Positions 41,260 to 53,486 of a stretch of 64,000 bases of DNA are shown in pieces. The notes below the pieces were generated by a model. The model saw only the letters and a program-made list of their open reading frames with translations, was not told the DNA's origin and did not search any database. Position numbers and translations under genes: made by a program. Location: the NCBI GenBank assembly GCA_965112155.1, contig OZ218098.1. One strand, written 5' to 3'. Every line of letters begins with the position of its first letter. Position 1 is the first letter of the stretch. This DNA is from Podarcis liolepis (lineage: Eukaryota).

Positions 41260-41496
41260 GGGTGGCGGTGGTGCTTCGGCTGCTGGGATGGAGGAGGAGG
41301 CGGCGGCGGCGGCGGCGGCGGCGGCCAGAGAAGGGCTGCTGCTGCTGCTGCTGCTTCTGCTGCCGGAGGGAAGCTCTGCCAGGCGGCTTCACGGCTCATA
41401 GCTTCCCCCGCCCACCCAGGCCACGCTCTCCTCAGCCCCGCGCGCAAGGCACCTGAGGCGAGGGGGAGAGAGAGAGAGCGCTCGAGATGGCGGGGC

Positions 41497-41562
<66 letters not shown>

Positions 41563-42414
41563 GGCGGTGGTGCTTCGGGATCCTTTTCCGTGCCTTGCTT
41601 CTGAGTGGCTGCCGAGTTGAGGGAGAGCACCTGAGGTGAACCACAAAATGGGCCCGCCCTCCCTGTCAGGGAGGAAGGGGTGAATAACGTCAGTGACGAG
41701 GAGGGGGTCCAGAGGTAGCCAGCAGGAGAGGCGGGGGAGCACGAGAGCAATTGCAGAGGGAGGGGGGCTGTTAGGCACCAAAATCCTGCATGCGGGATTT
41801 CCCCCATTCTCTTGTGCCTATGCAATTCCTGCCCTTCTCCCTTCCCCCTCAAGATTTGCTGCAGAGACAAGCAAATGAAGAAGGGAAGAGTATTAGCTGG
41901 CATGTCCCCGGATCCCATGGAAAGCACTACAGATTCCTTTGCTTATTTTAAGTTGGCTTCAAACCTGTAATTGTGCAGGTGTATGTATGTATACATATAC
42001 ACATATAAATATTCATATCTCTTCCCTCTCACCTTCCTTTCACCCAGTTTCTCTGGCACTGGTTTATAAATGCTGCTATGTAGAAATGATGAGAAAGTTG
42101 CACCAGCAGAAGGAATGGATATGTACTGTTAGTAAAAAGAGAGGGAGTTGAACTGCAGGGAGGGACAGACACTTTTCTATGTATTAATTTGTATAATGCC
42201 CTCTTTGCACATGGTGCTTTGCAAAAAATGGATATGAGAGGTACCATACCCCTCTTTGCTATCTGAAATAGACTCAGGGAAAAGAGAGAGAATGGGGGAA
42301 GGGGAAGAATGTGTGGTTATTTACATTTGGCTTGCTTTGCGGCTCCCAGTTTTTTTTCCCCCTTCGGAAACGGGTCCAAGTGGCTCTTTTTGTCTTAAAG
42401 GTTGCAGACCCCTG
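40848..42414. mobile_element. Non-autonomous hAT (Charlie-like) transposon, 1567 bp
   Basis: TIRs CAGAGGTCGGCAACC / GGTTGCAGACCCCTG, perfect 8-bp TSD CTGTAGAA (40840-40847 / 42415-42422), subterminal GCGGCTC repeats, no transposase ORF. Confidence 0.93.
41030..41575 (+). repeat. Two-unit tandem duplication (247 bp + 299 bp) inside the hAT element
   Basis: Units start CGGCTGCTGGGATGG at 41030 and 41277. They differ mainly in microsatellite length. Confidence 0.9.
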
Positions 42415-44313
42415 CTGTAGAAGAACAATAGTGTAGTGGGTGAGCTGTGAACCATCACGCTCAAGTTTGATATCTCACCTCTGCCTTGCCTAAAACACAC
42501 ATCAGACCATATCAGACCATGCCATCTTGTTGCTCATTTGATGGAGAACAGGAATATTATACATATTTTGAAGCAAGCAAAGAAGCTTTGCCTCCAGGCT
42601 GTTTAAAGTCGGTACTTTCCTACTGCCGAAGTTTTTCACTGCCATAATTTTAATTTGTCAATCTCATGGCACTTCAAGTATGCACCAAGGTTTAATGTGA
42701 TGTAATACGATGTAACATTTACAATTTAATTTGTGGGTTTTTCCCTCAGGGAGCCAAATGACAATCAAAATGAATAATATACTATAAATTCCTGATTCAG
42801 CGTAACTAGGTTTGACAAGGCCCATTGGGTCTGCAGTGATTGTCATAAACAGAAAATTTCAATCTCCTCAGTGAATTTCTTTGGACAATCTATTAGGCAT
42901 TATCTAGAAAACCAAGCTGAAAAATATCATTTTTCAACTTATCTCTTTGCGGAAGCCTTTGTTCTCATAGCTGCCTCAGTCTCTACTGAAATAGTACCTC
43001 TCAGCCACTGTGTTTGGGATGGAATGAGAAGTGGAAAACCCATAGATCACCACCTGGTGTGGCTCAGTTGTGTGTCAAGATGTTTGTATGAGCAAGAAAG
43101 CATTGGCCAAGGCAGAACAAGTTCAAATCCACAAAAGAAATGAATGTACAATTCAATAAAGCATAATATCACACATATCTCTCTCGCTCTCTCGCTCTCT
43201 CTCTCTCTATATATATACACATACATACATATACACACACACACACACACACACCACAATCATTTTCACATTCTGTTTCAAAGAGATAAATAGACATAAA
43301 GGGTGGGGATGAGGCATCTTGGCCGTCTGGCCTCCTGTTTAGAGTTCTGCACTTGAATCTGAGAGACCAGGATTTAAATTACCACTCAGAAGTGGGAAAT
43401 TACAGGGTGTCAATGGGTAAGGCATTTTCTCTTTGTTCACCAGCTGTGGAAAAATGTGCCATAAAAGCAACTTGTTTATAGCAGGGCTTGGGTACTTATG
43501 GGCCTTCAAATGATATCAGATGCCAACTCCCATCAGCCCAGGTCAAAGTGGTCAATAGTCAGGGACGATGGAAGTTGTAGTATGGCAACATCTGGCAAGC
43601 CTAAATGTTCCCCACCTCTGAGCTTTACAGGGTTACTGGCGGGATTAATGTGGCCTGTAAAGAAATTAAGTAAAATAAGAATGGACAAAATAAAGAATAC
43701 AATCTTATGAGATTTCAGCCTGTATCAAACGGGTGGGGAACTGTGACAGCCTTTGCCAACCCTGTGTCCTGATATTGTGGACTACAGCTTCCATCAGTCC
43801 TAGTCAGCATGGCTGTGGAAGGCACAAATTTAGCAAGGCTAATCTAGTTAGAGTGGTTGCATGAATCAAAGCCATTGTGCAGTAACTTCCTAATGATTCT
43901 GATTAGGTCTGCCTGCCCTTCAAATAAAGAACATAATAAAAACCCTGCTGGCTCAGGTCAGAATCCTGTTTCCAACAACAGCCAACCATATGCCTCTGGA
44001 AAGCCCACAAGAAGACATGGGAAATAGCATTGGTTGCCATACGTCTCAAACATATCTGTAATACCATAGTTGGTAGCAGTGTCCAGGTATAAATCAGCAA
44101 AACATAATTTTTTAATGCAAAACTAAAAAAAAACACACCAGCTTAACAACTTTGCCCAGTCTGGGTCTTTCCCCAGTTAGCTGGCAACCCTAGTGCTTAT
44201 TCATATGACTAAGTGGTAATAGATAATACATCTGGGGGTTGGAAACTCACTACTGTATGGGGATGCCAGTTCCTATGGACAGTATATATCTATGTATGTA
44301 TGTGTATGTATGC

Positions 44314-44388
44314 ATTGCAGGGGGTTGGACTAGATTACGCTTGGGATCACTTCCAACTCTATACAGTTCTATGAATCTATGATTCTAT
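44314..44388 (+). mobile_element. CR1 3' tail fragment
   Basis: GCAGGGGGTTGGACTAGAT...TTCCAACTCT...TCTATGATTCTAT. Confidence 0.8.
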
Positions 44389-45631
44389 AAACCAACTCCA
44401 TATTCTAAACACTCGGTTGTTATGTTCTCCACCACACAGTTGAAAGACTTTGCCCTAGACAGATGTCCTAAGAGCATAAACTACATCTGAGGCAGGCCCA
44501 ATATTTTGATTTTCAGCACATTTGTTTGGATATTTGATATTTGTTAATATCAGTGAGTTCGTATCTCAGTTAAGTGTGTTTAGAATCATAGAGTGGCCCT
44601 GTCCTGAATTAAAATGAAGACAGGAGAACATGTTTTTCAACACACAGCCCTCTACATTTTAACAATTTGGGGATAGTCACCCTAGATTATATACAAATTC
44701 CAAGGTTTAACTATATCTGTAGATGCATAAAACATTTCTAAAATATAGGGGGCATTTTTCATCAGATTAGCAACATTGGTTTCTATTGGATTCCAAACAA
44801 CGGACAAATAGATAATGGCTCATTTGCATTTGTGATTCTCACAGTATCATTAGCTGAAGAGATGACTTTCTTAAAAAGGAACATCTACATAGCTCCCAAC
44901 TAAACCCCCGTTCTACTGTCTCTTTTTATAGCAAGAATTAGAGACTCTTATGGGAAGAGTAGGTGAATCTCCATGCCCCTTTAATATTCTGATTTTGACA
45001 GGGGATTCCAAGGGTACACTAGAGGGGATGGAAAACAAGAAAGAGAATATGTTAAAATCCAATATAAAAAACATTAATATTCCTAAGAGCCTAGCCAAGG
45101 ATGAGGTTGTTAACATAGCAGGAAGAACATTGTGCCATCTTCGGATGAATCATACTTAATGGATGCTCACAAGGCTTTTGTACAGCTCGTTTCCCAGTGT
45201 GTCAGGTAATGTCAATTATACAGCGGTTCCCCCCAGAACTGGACCTACTGAACATCTTCCAAGATCATAATGCCCACTCACATTATAACGAGCCCATAAC
45301 CCACCTCCTCTCAGCAGCCGGAAACATTATAGCCAGACACTGGAGAGACCTGTCAGGAGTAAGCATGGACCAATGGTATCAAATAGTATGGGAAATAGCC
45401 ATACTAGAAAAACTAACCAATAAACTGAAACTGATACGGGGATCAATAGAAGACGCCTTCACCCCAGTATGGTTCCCCTTTATCACATACATAGCCCAAC
45501 AAAACAACAAGAATCTGCCGACAGCATATGAATCAATCTGGCTAACCTGATCCAAAAATCCACCCACACACCCCACACTCACACACATAAACAAATCTCA
45601 CTACGCCAACCAAAGACAACCAACCACACCC

Positions 45632-45779
45632 TAGAATCATAGAATCATAGAGTTGGAAGAGACCACAAGGGCCATCGAGTCCAACCCCCTGCCAAGCAGG
45701 AAACACCATCAGAGCACTCCTGACATATGGTTGCCAAACCTCTGCTTAAAGACCTCCAAAGTAGGAGACTCCACCACAC
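45632..45779 (-). mobile_element. CR1 3' fragment (same subfamily as 2096-2817), nested
   Basis: Nearly identical to 2096-2235. Flanked by ACCACACCCTA repeats. Confidence 0.9.
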
Positions 45780-45781
45780 CC

Positions 45782-46679
45782 TAAAGGTAAAGGGTAAAGG
45801 GACCCCTGACCGTTATGTCCAGTTGCAGACGACTCTGGGGTTGTGGCGCTCATCTTGCTTTACTGGCCGAAGGAGCCGGCGTTTGTCGGCAGACAGCTTC
45901 CAGGTCATGTGGCCAGCATAACTAAGCCACTTCTGGCGAACCAGAGCAGCGCACGGAAGCGCCATTTACCTTCCCATCAGAGCAGTACCTATTTATCTAC
46001 TTGCACTTTGACGTGCTTTCGAACTTCTAGGTTGGCAAAAGCAGGGACTGAGCAACAGGAGCTCACCCCGTCGCAGTGATTCGAACCACCGACCTTCTGA
46101 TCGGCAATTCCTAGGCCAGAGGTTGGCAAACTAAGGCCCGCAGGCTGGATATGGCCCACTGGGCTCGTTAATCCGGCCCACATACCTTGAGGACCCTGCC
46201 GCCCACTAGGTCAGTCCCCGCGCTAAAAAGGCACGGCACGGAGGCCTCACCGCCTGGAGACTGACTTCCGTGACGTGGCATGGCTTCTGATTGGCTGCAG
46301 GAAGCTCCTGTAGCCAATCAAAAGCCGTGGATGCCTCTGGGCGCCGCCCCTTTCTTCCCACTGAGGCGGCCAATGGGAGGAAACAGCCGAGTGGGAAGGA
46401 AGCGGCAGCAGCGAAGAGGCTGCCTCCACCTCCCAGGTCAGCGGCATGGGCTCTGTGCCAAGATGGAGCACACCGACGCTGCCAAAGAGGAGGTGGCGTC
46501 GGCGGCTGCAGCATGAGTGGCATCGCCGGGCAGGGGCCTTTTGGGAAGGGGGTGCTTTCGGGAGGGGTGGGTCTGGCCTCCCACAAGGTATGAGGGACAG
46601 TGGACCGGCCCCCTCCTAAAAAAGTTTGCTGACCCCTGCCCTAGGCTCTGTGGTTTAGACCACAGCGCCACCAGCACCC
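45782..46679 (-). mobile_element. Sauria (Squam1) SINE, nested, split by a hAT MITE
   Basis: Tail at 45782, head at ~46679. The body is continuous when 46117-46638 is removed. Confidence 0.9.
46117..46638. mobile_element. GC-rich hAT (Charlie-like) MITE inside the SINE
   Basis: TIRs CAGAGGTTGGCAAACT / AGTTTGCTGACCCCTG, TSD TCCTAGGC / CCCTAGGC. Confidence 0.88.
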
Positions 46680-46890
46680 TGATAACCACACCCGAGGCCA
46701 CCCCTAACCTCTCTCACCACCAATGAAATATAACAAGCGAATAGTAAAAGAATCCATACAAGCGACGCTGACACAAAACCCCACATGTACACTAAGTAGA
46801 AGAATAGAAGCATAACCACCCCACCCCACCCCCCTCACCATGTCCCCCTCTTTTCCTCCCAACCTAATACTGCATGCAACGCTAATGTCT

Positions 46891-47181
46891 GTTTGCACTA
46901 CTGCCTTCTGGCAGGAGATATAGAAACATCAAGTCAAAGACAAATAGACTGAAAAACAGTATCTATCCAAGAGCTGTGGCCTTTTTGAATGCTGTAACTC
47001 GATAGTGTGACCTGGGAGTTTGATGGGTGTGGTGTGGGTGTGGCTGGAATGTGGTTTGTTTGGTTGTTGTTGTTGTTTTGCTTTTGTTGTTTTAAGGGAT
47101 GGCATCCAATTTCGTTGCACTTTGTGCAATGTTGCACTTGTGTAATGACAATAAAGAATCTATTCTATTCTATTCTATTCT
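46891..47181 (+). mobile_element. Rex1/Babar-clade LINE 3' fragment
   Basis: Translates FALLPSGRRYRNIKSKTNRLKNSIYPRAVAFLNA, the typical Rex1 RT C-terminal motif. Ends GACAATAAA followed by a (TATTC)n tail. Confidence 0.85.
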
Positions 47182-48567
47182 ATAACCACCCCACCCCACC
47201 CCCCTCACCATGTCCCCCTCTTTTCCTCCCAACCTAATACTGCATGCAACGCTAATGTCTCACAACAAATGAAATTGATCTGTAGAAAGCGCAACTCGAA
47301 AAAAGAGACAATGCACATGTTTTTGTAAACTAAGAAATCGTTAACAAATAATAAAAATACAATTATACAGCGGTTCCAGGGAGGTTTTACTAAAGGTTTA
47401 TGGAGCTCTCTCCTTAATACAATAGGGAGTGGTCACTGCCATTTCATTTCCAGAACTCTCCAGCTCTCCCCAGCTTGCTCACACAACCTATCTATTGTGG
47501 CGCAATTCTCTGAAGGGAAAGTGTTTGACGGCTTATCTTTTTCCATCTCAGTCCCTAATTTCCATCTCTCACATCATCCCATTGTCTAAGGAAAGTCAGT
47601 AAGACCTAATGAAACACTATCAAGATCACTACCACGGACATGTTCTTTTACCTTTTGGGGGGTGGGGTGGAGGGTCTGCAAACTGCCTTAGGAGGTAGGT
47701 TTAGGTATCCAGTACCTTTCAATGCAAATTACTAGGGTAGTTTATAAAGAAAAGCACAAGCCCTTTTCAGGCATTATGCAAGTCAAACTGTGTCGAAGGC
47801 ACGGCACTAGCCCCCTTCCCTTGAGGCCTAACCTTGCTGCATTCAGCAGCAATGGGGGGGGGGGGGAGCTTGGAAGTATGTTCGCTTGAACACTCTTACA
47901 AGCCCCGCAAGGATCAGGAACCCTGGGCGAGAGGTGTCCCCGATTTGCAGGGAGGCTTGTAATCATGCTCAATTGAACATGCTTGAAAGCCTCCTTCAGA
48001 CCTTGCTACTGAACGCAGCAGAGGCAGAGGTAGAGGCGGTGAGCTCGTGTGCATGGCCCCACACTTCCAACATGGTTTGACCTTTACAACACCTGAGGAG
48101 GACTACAGAATCCTAAAAATACAATAATAAAGTGTCAAACAGTTCTTTAAAAAGAGCACAGTCAAAGTGGCAATGACACAAACATGGTAAAGTTCCTTGG
48201 ATGGTAAATGCCTGGAATTTGTTTTTTTTTAAAGACTTTTCCTCGCATTAAAAAGGTGTTGAAAGAGATATAAAGAAAGCCTTCCTGAGAAGAGACCATA
48301 CCTCTGCCAATATCACTTAATGACAGACTAGCAGCAATTTGAACCTAGATCTGCCATGTACAAACCCCAGTGATGTATCCACTGCACCACATTGTCCCTC
48401 AAGGACTTGAACACTACAATTTAACATTGAGAAGAGGAGCAGTAGGGAAGAAAGGAAAAATACAGTGCTAATTTCCAAAAAGAATGCTGGTGATTTACAC
48501 CAAGTAGTTTAATTTCAATCTATAGCAAGTGTGAGCAACTTTTTTTCTGTCCAAACTCCTTCAGCTC

Positions 48568-48568
<1 letters not shown>

Positions 48569-48625
<57 letters not shown>
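48569..48625. repeat. (TTA)n microsatellite
   Basis: Read directly from sequence. Confidence 0.95.
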
Positions 48626-49596
48626 TATTAAATTTCTACACAATCCTTTCCCCCAAAGCAAGTAATCTGTTGGAGGCCTCATGTTGGTGTTGGGCAAAGA
48701 CAAATACGTTCTAGATGAACAATTAAGGGGAAGAAAGATCCTCCGTTCTCTGTTTTCACCATGGCTACCTCAGAGGAGAATTCTCTACACAGAAGTGAGG
48801 CCCACTGGGTTTGGTGGGGTTACTCTCAAGCAAGTATACAGATGGTATTGCCTTGCTGTTTTTAGTACAAAAGGCCAATATACCTACCAGGGCCAGCCCA
48901 CCTAAAAGTAAAGGTAAAGCAGCTGTCTCGGGCAGCAGGATCCACGGGGCAGCAGATGTGGTGTAGATCTTTATTCAGGACCAGCCCACCCATGAGGCAA
49001 GGAGAGGTGACTGCCTCAGGGGCTGGGCTCACCAGGGCAGCAAATACCAATGTAGATCCTCCTCCTCCCCATTCTTCCTCCTGATGTCAATCTTCCCCTT
49101 ACCCCTTCTTCCCTGGCATGGAGGCCGGAGCAATTTTAGAGCCCAACTATAAGCTGAAGGAGGAGCAGCTGCAGAGAGCTTGCTTTGGCCCTTCCCAGCT
49201 AATAAGCGGTAATGCCTGAGTATACTTTCTTCCTCCTCCCCATCCATTTCCCTTTTCTAAATACATTTTAGACTGGAAGCCTATGGGGCTTCTGTATATG
49301 CTGGGAGCCACCCAGAGCGGCTGGGGCAACCCAGTCAGATAGGCAGGGTACAAATAAGAAAACTGTTGTTGTTGTTGATCGTTGTATGCCACTCTGAGAG
49401 TCTTTTACAGCTGAATAGCAGGATAAAAATATTAAAAATAAATAATAAAAGATTTTTATTGTGCTGTTTCCCCAGAGGCATGATGGTGCATCGTTCCTCT
49501 GAGATTCTTTACAGCTCCCATTGGATTTTTACAGGAGGCAACAATGTAAGATAGAGAGTGTTCTCTCTCCCTCTCCCTCTCCCTCCCCCCCTCTCT

Positions 49597-49628
<32 letters not shown>

Positions 49629-50776
49629 TTAAAAAATAACCCTTCTGGGGAAGGAGCTTGTAAGTCTTTGGTTGTACCAAGAATTTCTTTACCCAATTTT
49701 ACAGTAATTTGATTTGATAGTACATGACAAACGGATTAATGGATTTATTCGAGAGAACACCAAGATAAATAAACTTCCTTAATTAAAGCTGTCTTCGTTA
49801 TCAGCCATACCAGTTTGTGGAAAGCACTTGTTCTGAACTGAGGATGACTCACCTTTTGTAAGGCTTAAAACTATCATTCTCTCTCCTGTTCTTCACCACC
49901 CTTCTGCTATATTTAGGACTGCCTTCAGTCAAACAACTTCTATGTTATCCTTATGTAACCTAATTTACATCGGCAGCATTACAGAACCCAGCCTCATCAT
50001 CATGAGAAATATAAACGATAAGCAGCAAGTTTCAGCTTTGATTGCGCACTTCTGCAGTTCTTTGGCAATGAAGCCTGCAAGCACAGAGAACATGCAAAGA
50101 GGTGGCACCATGGCACCCTCATATACCCTCCTTGGCACTCATCAAGACCCCCTCTCAATTTAAATTTTTTAACATTTAAATTAGGGGTGTATTTTTTTGC
50201 TGGTGGGGGTGTTTTGACTGAACCAGGCTACGATGTTGGGGAGGGAGTTTCCCTGGGCAACTGGTTACTGGTCCTCAGAAGGATGCAAAGCTATTCAAAC
50301 AGCAACTCGTGCAACAAACCTGCCTTCTTCTTCCTTTCCATATCACAAGTACTACTTCTGAATTGGAGCTGGATTCCCCTAACCGAGTGCACTAGTGGAA
50401 GCCAGCATAAGGACTCCTGCCAGCTCAACAAGACCACTCCCTCCTCCCACAAATCTGCACTGGAAGGTCAGGAGAACGCCCAGAATGATGCATGGGGAAG
50501 AGGGAAATCACCCTGTCTGTCAAGCAGAACAAGCAGAAATGCTTGCACTGGCAGAACAACCATCAAAGTGGGAACTTCAGCAATTGTGGGGAGGGGGAAC
50601 CAACACAGTTCAGCCCTAAAGCCTAAATCACACATTTCCCACATTTCTAAATGCAGGGTTTTTTGCCACACTGTCCAAACAACTCAACCTGAAAGCACTT
50701 TTTTTAGAAACCATCCAAACATCACATTCGGTAAACAAAGTATTTTTATATGCAGCATCTGCAGTTGATGTCCTAC

Positions 50777-50935
50777 CTGTCTGTGCCACCATGTGCGTCC
50801 ATCCATTCCAAACTCTTCTGACCTTTTCGCCCCCAAAATAGTGGGTTTCTATCTTCTGGGGATTCAAAAGAAAATCATCTTTGCTCACTAACTGCTTGTG
50901 TCTGTTGCTCCCCCAAACATATAACTCTCCTTCAT
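50777..50935 (-). CDS. SERGEF: SERGEF exon 8 (DEGELYVWGSNRHKQLVSKDDFLLNPQKIETHYFGGEKVRRVWNGWTHMVAQT)
   Basis: TTAAG acceptor after a pyrimidine tract, G|GTAGG donor, 159 nt. RCC1 repeat. Confidence 0.95.
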
Positions 50936-51390
50936 CTTAAAGAAGAAAAGGAACATATTAAAAAAAGGGAAGTTAAAGGACACAAAAATGTTGACTAAAT
51001 GTCATTTTACAGTTGCACATCTGTTCTCTGTCTAGTCTTTGAAACAGATGAACAAACATTCTAAGAAAAGTAATGCACTCAATTTTTTAAAGTGGCAACA
51101 GACTCTACAAGCACAAAAAGCATATATTTCTGTGTACACAACTGGAGCTGCAACTTAATTCTCCATGCAATACATGTTGTATGTTCAAGGAGGGTCACAA
51201 GCCTGTTTTAAATGTGGCAGGAGCAGGAAGCATGTTATGAGGGCAGCTAGATTAAATCTGAACAAAAACGGGGACACACATCTTACAGGAAATGGGATGA
51301 ACTAGTCTCGGAGACAAAATATTTTTCATGGTTCAACAGACAGACATCACTTTGTCCAAAGCTACAGCCAACCAAACAAAAGAAACTCAC

Positions 51391-51453
51391 CTGTGAGTGA
51401 TGTGACATGATGCGACCCAGAAGTGATGCTCTTTACTTTGATGTTTTCTAGAC
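51391..51453 (-). CDS. SERGEF: SERGEF exon 7 (GLENIKVKSITSGSHHVTSLT)
   Basis: CCTAG acceptor, G|GTGAG donor, 63 nt. Confidence 0.93.
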
Positions 51454-52168
51454 CTAGGACAATAACCCATTATTTTCTGTTAGCTGGAGAGGGATACTTC
51501 CTTTGGAATACAGAATGCCACAACACAACACACAGCTGCATAGGAGAGCTAACAAAAGCTGTTTGTGCAGGCTCTTTGGGAAGCTACTTGGGCCATGTCA
51601 GGTTACTACCTCCCCAACTAATTTTATAAATCACAGCTCATCTATATGCATCTAAGATATTAAAGAAAAGAAAAAGGGGACCACTAACTTTTGACAACCA
51701 TAGGTTAATTAGGCTATCAGAGAAGAGTACAAGGCCACAAGGGGAGAACAACACTGCCAAGAGGAGAGAGAGAGAGGTGAGGATGAGCTAAGGAACATAT
51801 TGTTACTGTGCAGAGCCTAATAATGTAAACAGACCCAAAATACATTTTGATTTGGCTTATTATTCTGCACTCCACAAAACGGGAAAGGGGAAAGGGTTGC
51901 AAGTTTTGCAAGTTTTTTGGGTACTGGCTCTTAACTGGTGCATTCAGCAACTGCAAACCACAATAGGACAGTGGATAGTTCAACCTGCTAACAGCAATCA
52001 GTGTCAAGGAGGCAGGGAAGGGATCATAATGCTTAAAACATTCCTAACAGAAGGTATATTGTTCCCGAGCATACAACTGGCTCTCATTGCCAGCTTGGCC
52101 AAATGACCAGAACTCCAGTTCCTGGGCAGAAGGAATAACCTCTTGAAGTGCCATCTGTGTGTTTATTA

Positions 52169-52410
52169 CAGTGGTACCTCTGGTTATGAATGCTTCTGGT
52201 TACGCACACTGCAGGTTATGAGCTCTGCTAACCTGGAAGTAGCTGCTCCTGGTTACGCACTTTGCCCCGGGATGGGAGCAGAAATTGCGCACTAGAGGCG
52301 CGCACACAGCAGGAGCCACCATTAGCGAAAGCATGCCTCAGAATAAGAACAGTTTCCAGTTACAAACATATCTCCGGAACGGATTCAGTTCATAACCAAA
52401 GGTACCACTG
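52169..52410. mobile_element. Tigger/pogo-like MITE, more diverged relative of the 11968 family
   Basis: TA-CAGTGGTACCTCTGGTTATGAA...TTCATAACCAAAGGTACCACTG-TA. Confidence 0.85.
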
Positions 52411-53372
52411 TATATCAATTTCACCAGCCTGATAACAAGAGTTTTCAAACAGTGTTATTTGACAAAAGAGATTCGTGATGTAAACATCTTAACATAAAAC
52501 TGCAAAGTACATGAGAAACTGTCAGACCAATTCCCAGTGTTAACATATTTTAACTGCTATAAGAATAAATCCATATTCCCAGTTTTCTCTTCTTGAGACA
52601 AGGACAAAGATGTGTTTTGTATCTTGTTCCTGACAAAGAGGAACCTGAAGGCCAGGATAGGGCATAAACTATGCATTTCTTCATTCACCATTTGTTTCCC
52701 ATGGTTTCTCTTTTCCCTCCATTTCTCTCCTTTCTCCCTCTGACTGAGGCCCTCCAGGGAAAAACTTCTGAAAAATCCAACTGGGAAGGGACTGTACTTA
52801 TACAGATTGCAACATACTTCTCTTCTTCAGAAAAGAAAGCAAATAAATTGAGATTGAAAGTTTGTTTCCTAGTGGATTCTTCTTGGATCATGTTGCATAA
52901 GTTTTATGTCAACGACAGTATGTTCCAGTTAGTTTCCAGGACCAATTCAAGGTGCTGGTGCTTACTGATAAAAGCTTATATGGCGAGAAGCATTGCAACA
53001 ATAATAATAAAGGACAGTTCAGGATCAACATCCAAAAGTTCACCATTAAAACACTACATCTGACTCTCTCTGTGCTGGGCATTCTCTGGGCTAAGTGATG
53101 TGTTCTGCAAAAGACAGAGTCTCAGGTGCCAAGTATATGGCTGGGGTTTGTGTTTGGGCTGATTGGGAATGGAATCAGAGAGTGCTAAGGGAATGCGATA
53201 CATGCTATTACAGCAACAACAGAGCAGCATCTGAGGACTTAGGAGTGGAGTGATCAGTATCATTGGGTATAGCCACAAATAATGGCTGGCTACTAAGGCA
53301 AGCCAAAACTTGTGGACCCCTTGCTTGCACATGACATGCTTGATCCATACCTTAAATATTTAGATAACAAAC

Positions 53373-53486
53373 CTGTTACTTTGCAAGGCTCTTTAGCCCT
53401 CCAAAAAGATGGAACCATCTGTCCTTGGCATGCCCGCTTCGCCTGAGATGCCATGCCAACTCCCCACTGGAAGACTGAACCATTTT
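53373..53486 (-). CDS. SERGEF: SERGEF exon 6 (ENGSVFQWGVGMASQAKRACQGQMVPSFWRAKEPCKVT)
   Basis: AAG acceptor (weak), G|GTTTG donor, 114 nt. VFQWG and AKEP motifs. Confidence 0.92.

Larger units (their letters stand above)
45231..47359 (+). mobile_element. 5'-truncated L1-clade LINE hosting four nested insertions
   Basis: HLLSAAGNIIARHWR...QWYQIVWEIAILEKLT...FTPVWFPFITY ORF2 end (stop at 45550), A-rich tail, perfect 18-bp TSD CAATTATACAGCGGTTCC (45213-45230 / 47360-47377). Confidence 0.88.

Noticed and set aside
40766-41927. Long poly-Pro/Gln/Arg/Gly ORFs (up to 268 aa) on both strands
   Set aside because: They come from stop-poor GC-rich microsatellites inside a hAT element bounded by TIRs and a TSD. 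No domain and no splice context.
50187-50768. 193-aa plus-strand ORF antisense to SERGEF next to exon 8
   Set aside because: No recognisable domain, overlaps a decayed hairpin repeat, and the start is not a canonical ATG.
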